Assembly (NCBI RefSeq): GCF_006345805.1
Contig: NC_043003.1
Coordinates: 68,076,001-68,140,000, forward strand
Direction: 5' to 3'
DNA from: Octopus sinensis
Taxonomy: Eukaryota
Length of the DNA: 64,000 bases
In this document: piece by piece, positions 63,226 through 64,000 of the stretch
How the letters are laid out: each line of letters begins with the position of its first letter
How positions within the stretch are numbered: position 1 is the stretch's first letter
Position numbers and translations under genes: made by a program
Notes under the pieces: generated by a model
What the model saw: only the letters and a program-made list of their open reading frames with translations
What the model was told of the DNA's origin: nothing
The model's database searches: none

Positions 63226-64000
63226 GAAAGAAGTGGAACAAACTTACTTTTTGTAAAACGTATTTCTTTCAATAGTCCATTTGAAACTACGATTCCCTGC
63301 CGTGTGATATGCATTCCAAAAATATTTAGTAGAGGATACATGTATACATATGTCCAAATTGTACCAATCCTCTGCTATATTTTTACAGCGTCTAACATAC
63401 GCCCTTCCTACCCAGGTAACAGATCACATTACTGTACACCAAGCTAGCACTAACGAAATATTATGCCTTATAACTCAAAGTTGTAATATTTTCAGATTTA
63501 TCAAACGAATAATTGTAAATTTTGTTATGTGATTTATGCACTGTTAGTGACAAGATTTTAATCGCAGATCCGCAACAAGTTATGTGGTAACTATTCGTCT
63601 TGAAAAATCTGCTGAAGATTAACAATCTTATGATGGTAATAGTAGTAGTCATAATACTATAATCTCTCAAAACAATTGAAAAAAAGAAAGAAAATAAAAG
63701 CCACAGCAGTAACATATTTATGAACATACCCAAACCAAATACTTTTATAGAATACAGAGAAAAAACATGGCATCAGAATTGTAAATGCCAGTCTATAGTT
63801 TTTAATTTAAAAGAAGCTTAAAGTCAAGTCACTGTTATGCCCAATTAGAATGAATTATATGAAACCTCACTTTGTATTGGTTTTCTTTGATACAGCAACA
63901 CTTAATCTGTTTTACAAATGGGATCTCTGAACAATAACTGAATCTATAGGATTTGTGATTTAGCATTTTCTTCTATTTAGACGAATCAAATACCATTGCC

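Noticed and set aside
63389-63415. 27-nt plus-strand micro-exon with good splice sites
   Set aside because: No partner exon or recognisable peptide; expected by chance.

Overview
AT-rich, microsatellite-dense eukaryotic DNA. The tRNA-derived SINE families, RTE tails and repeat spectrum look like an octopus (coleoid cephalopod) genome; this is pattern recognition, not a database result. No host protein-coding gene could be identified with confidence, and most listed ORFs are microsatellite artefacts. The window is mostly transposable elements: mariner and maT/DD37D-like transposons, a Helitron helicase, Merlin-like MITEs, RTE LINEs (one with a 5' inversion), RLE-type non-LTR fragments, Penelope-like pieces and many SINEs. 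Two less ordinary signals stand out. (1) A Tx1/L1-clade network: an ORF2 3' end, two distinct ORF1-only 'half-LINE' (HAL1-like) families and a SINE share a 3' tail whose short stem-loop covaries between families, and the SINE appears to insert into itself at one site. (2) Several minimal hammerhead ribozymes, two essentially intact, plus a tRNA-headed SINE whose tail carries a hammerhead core.
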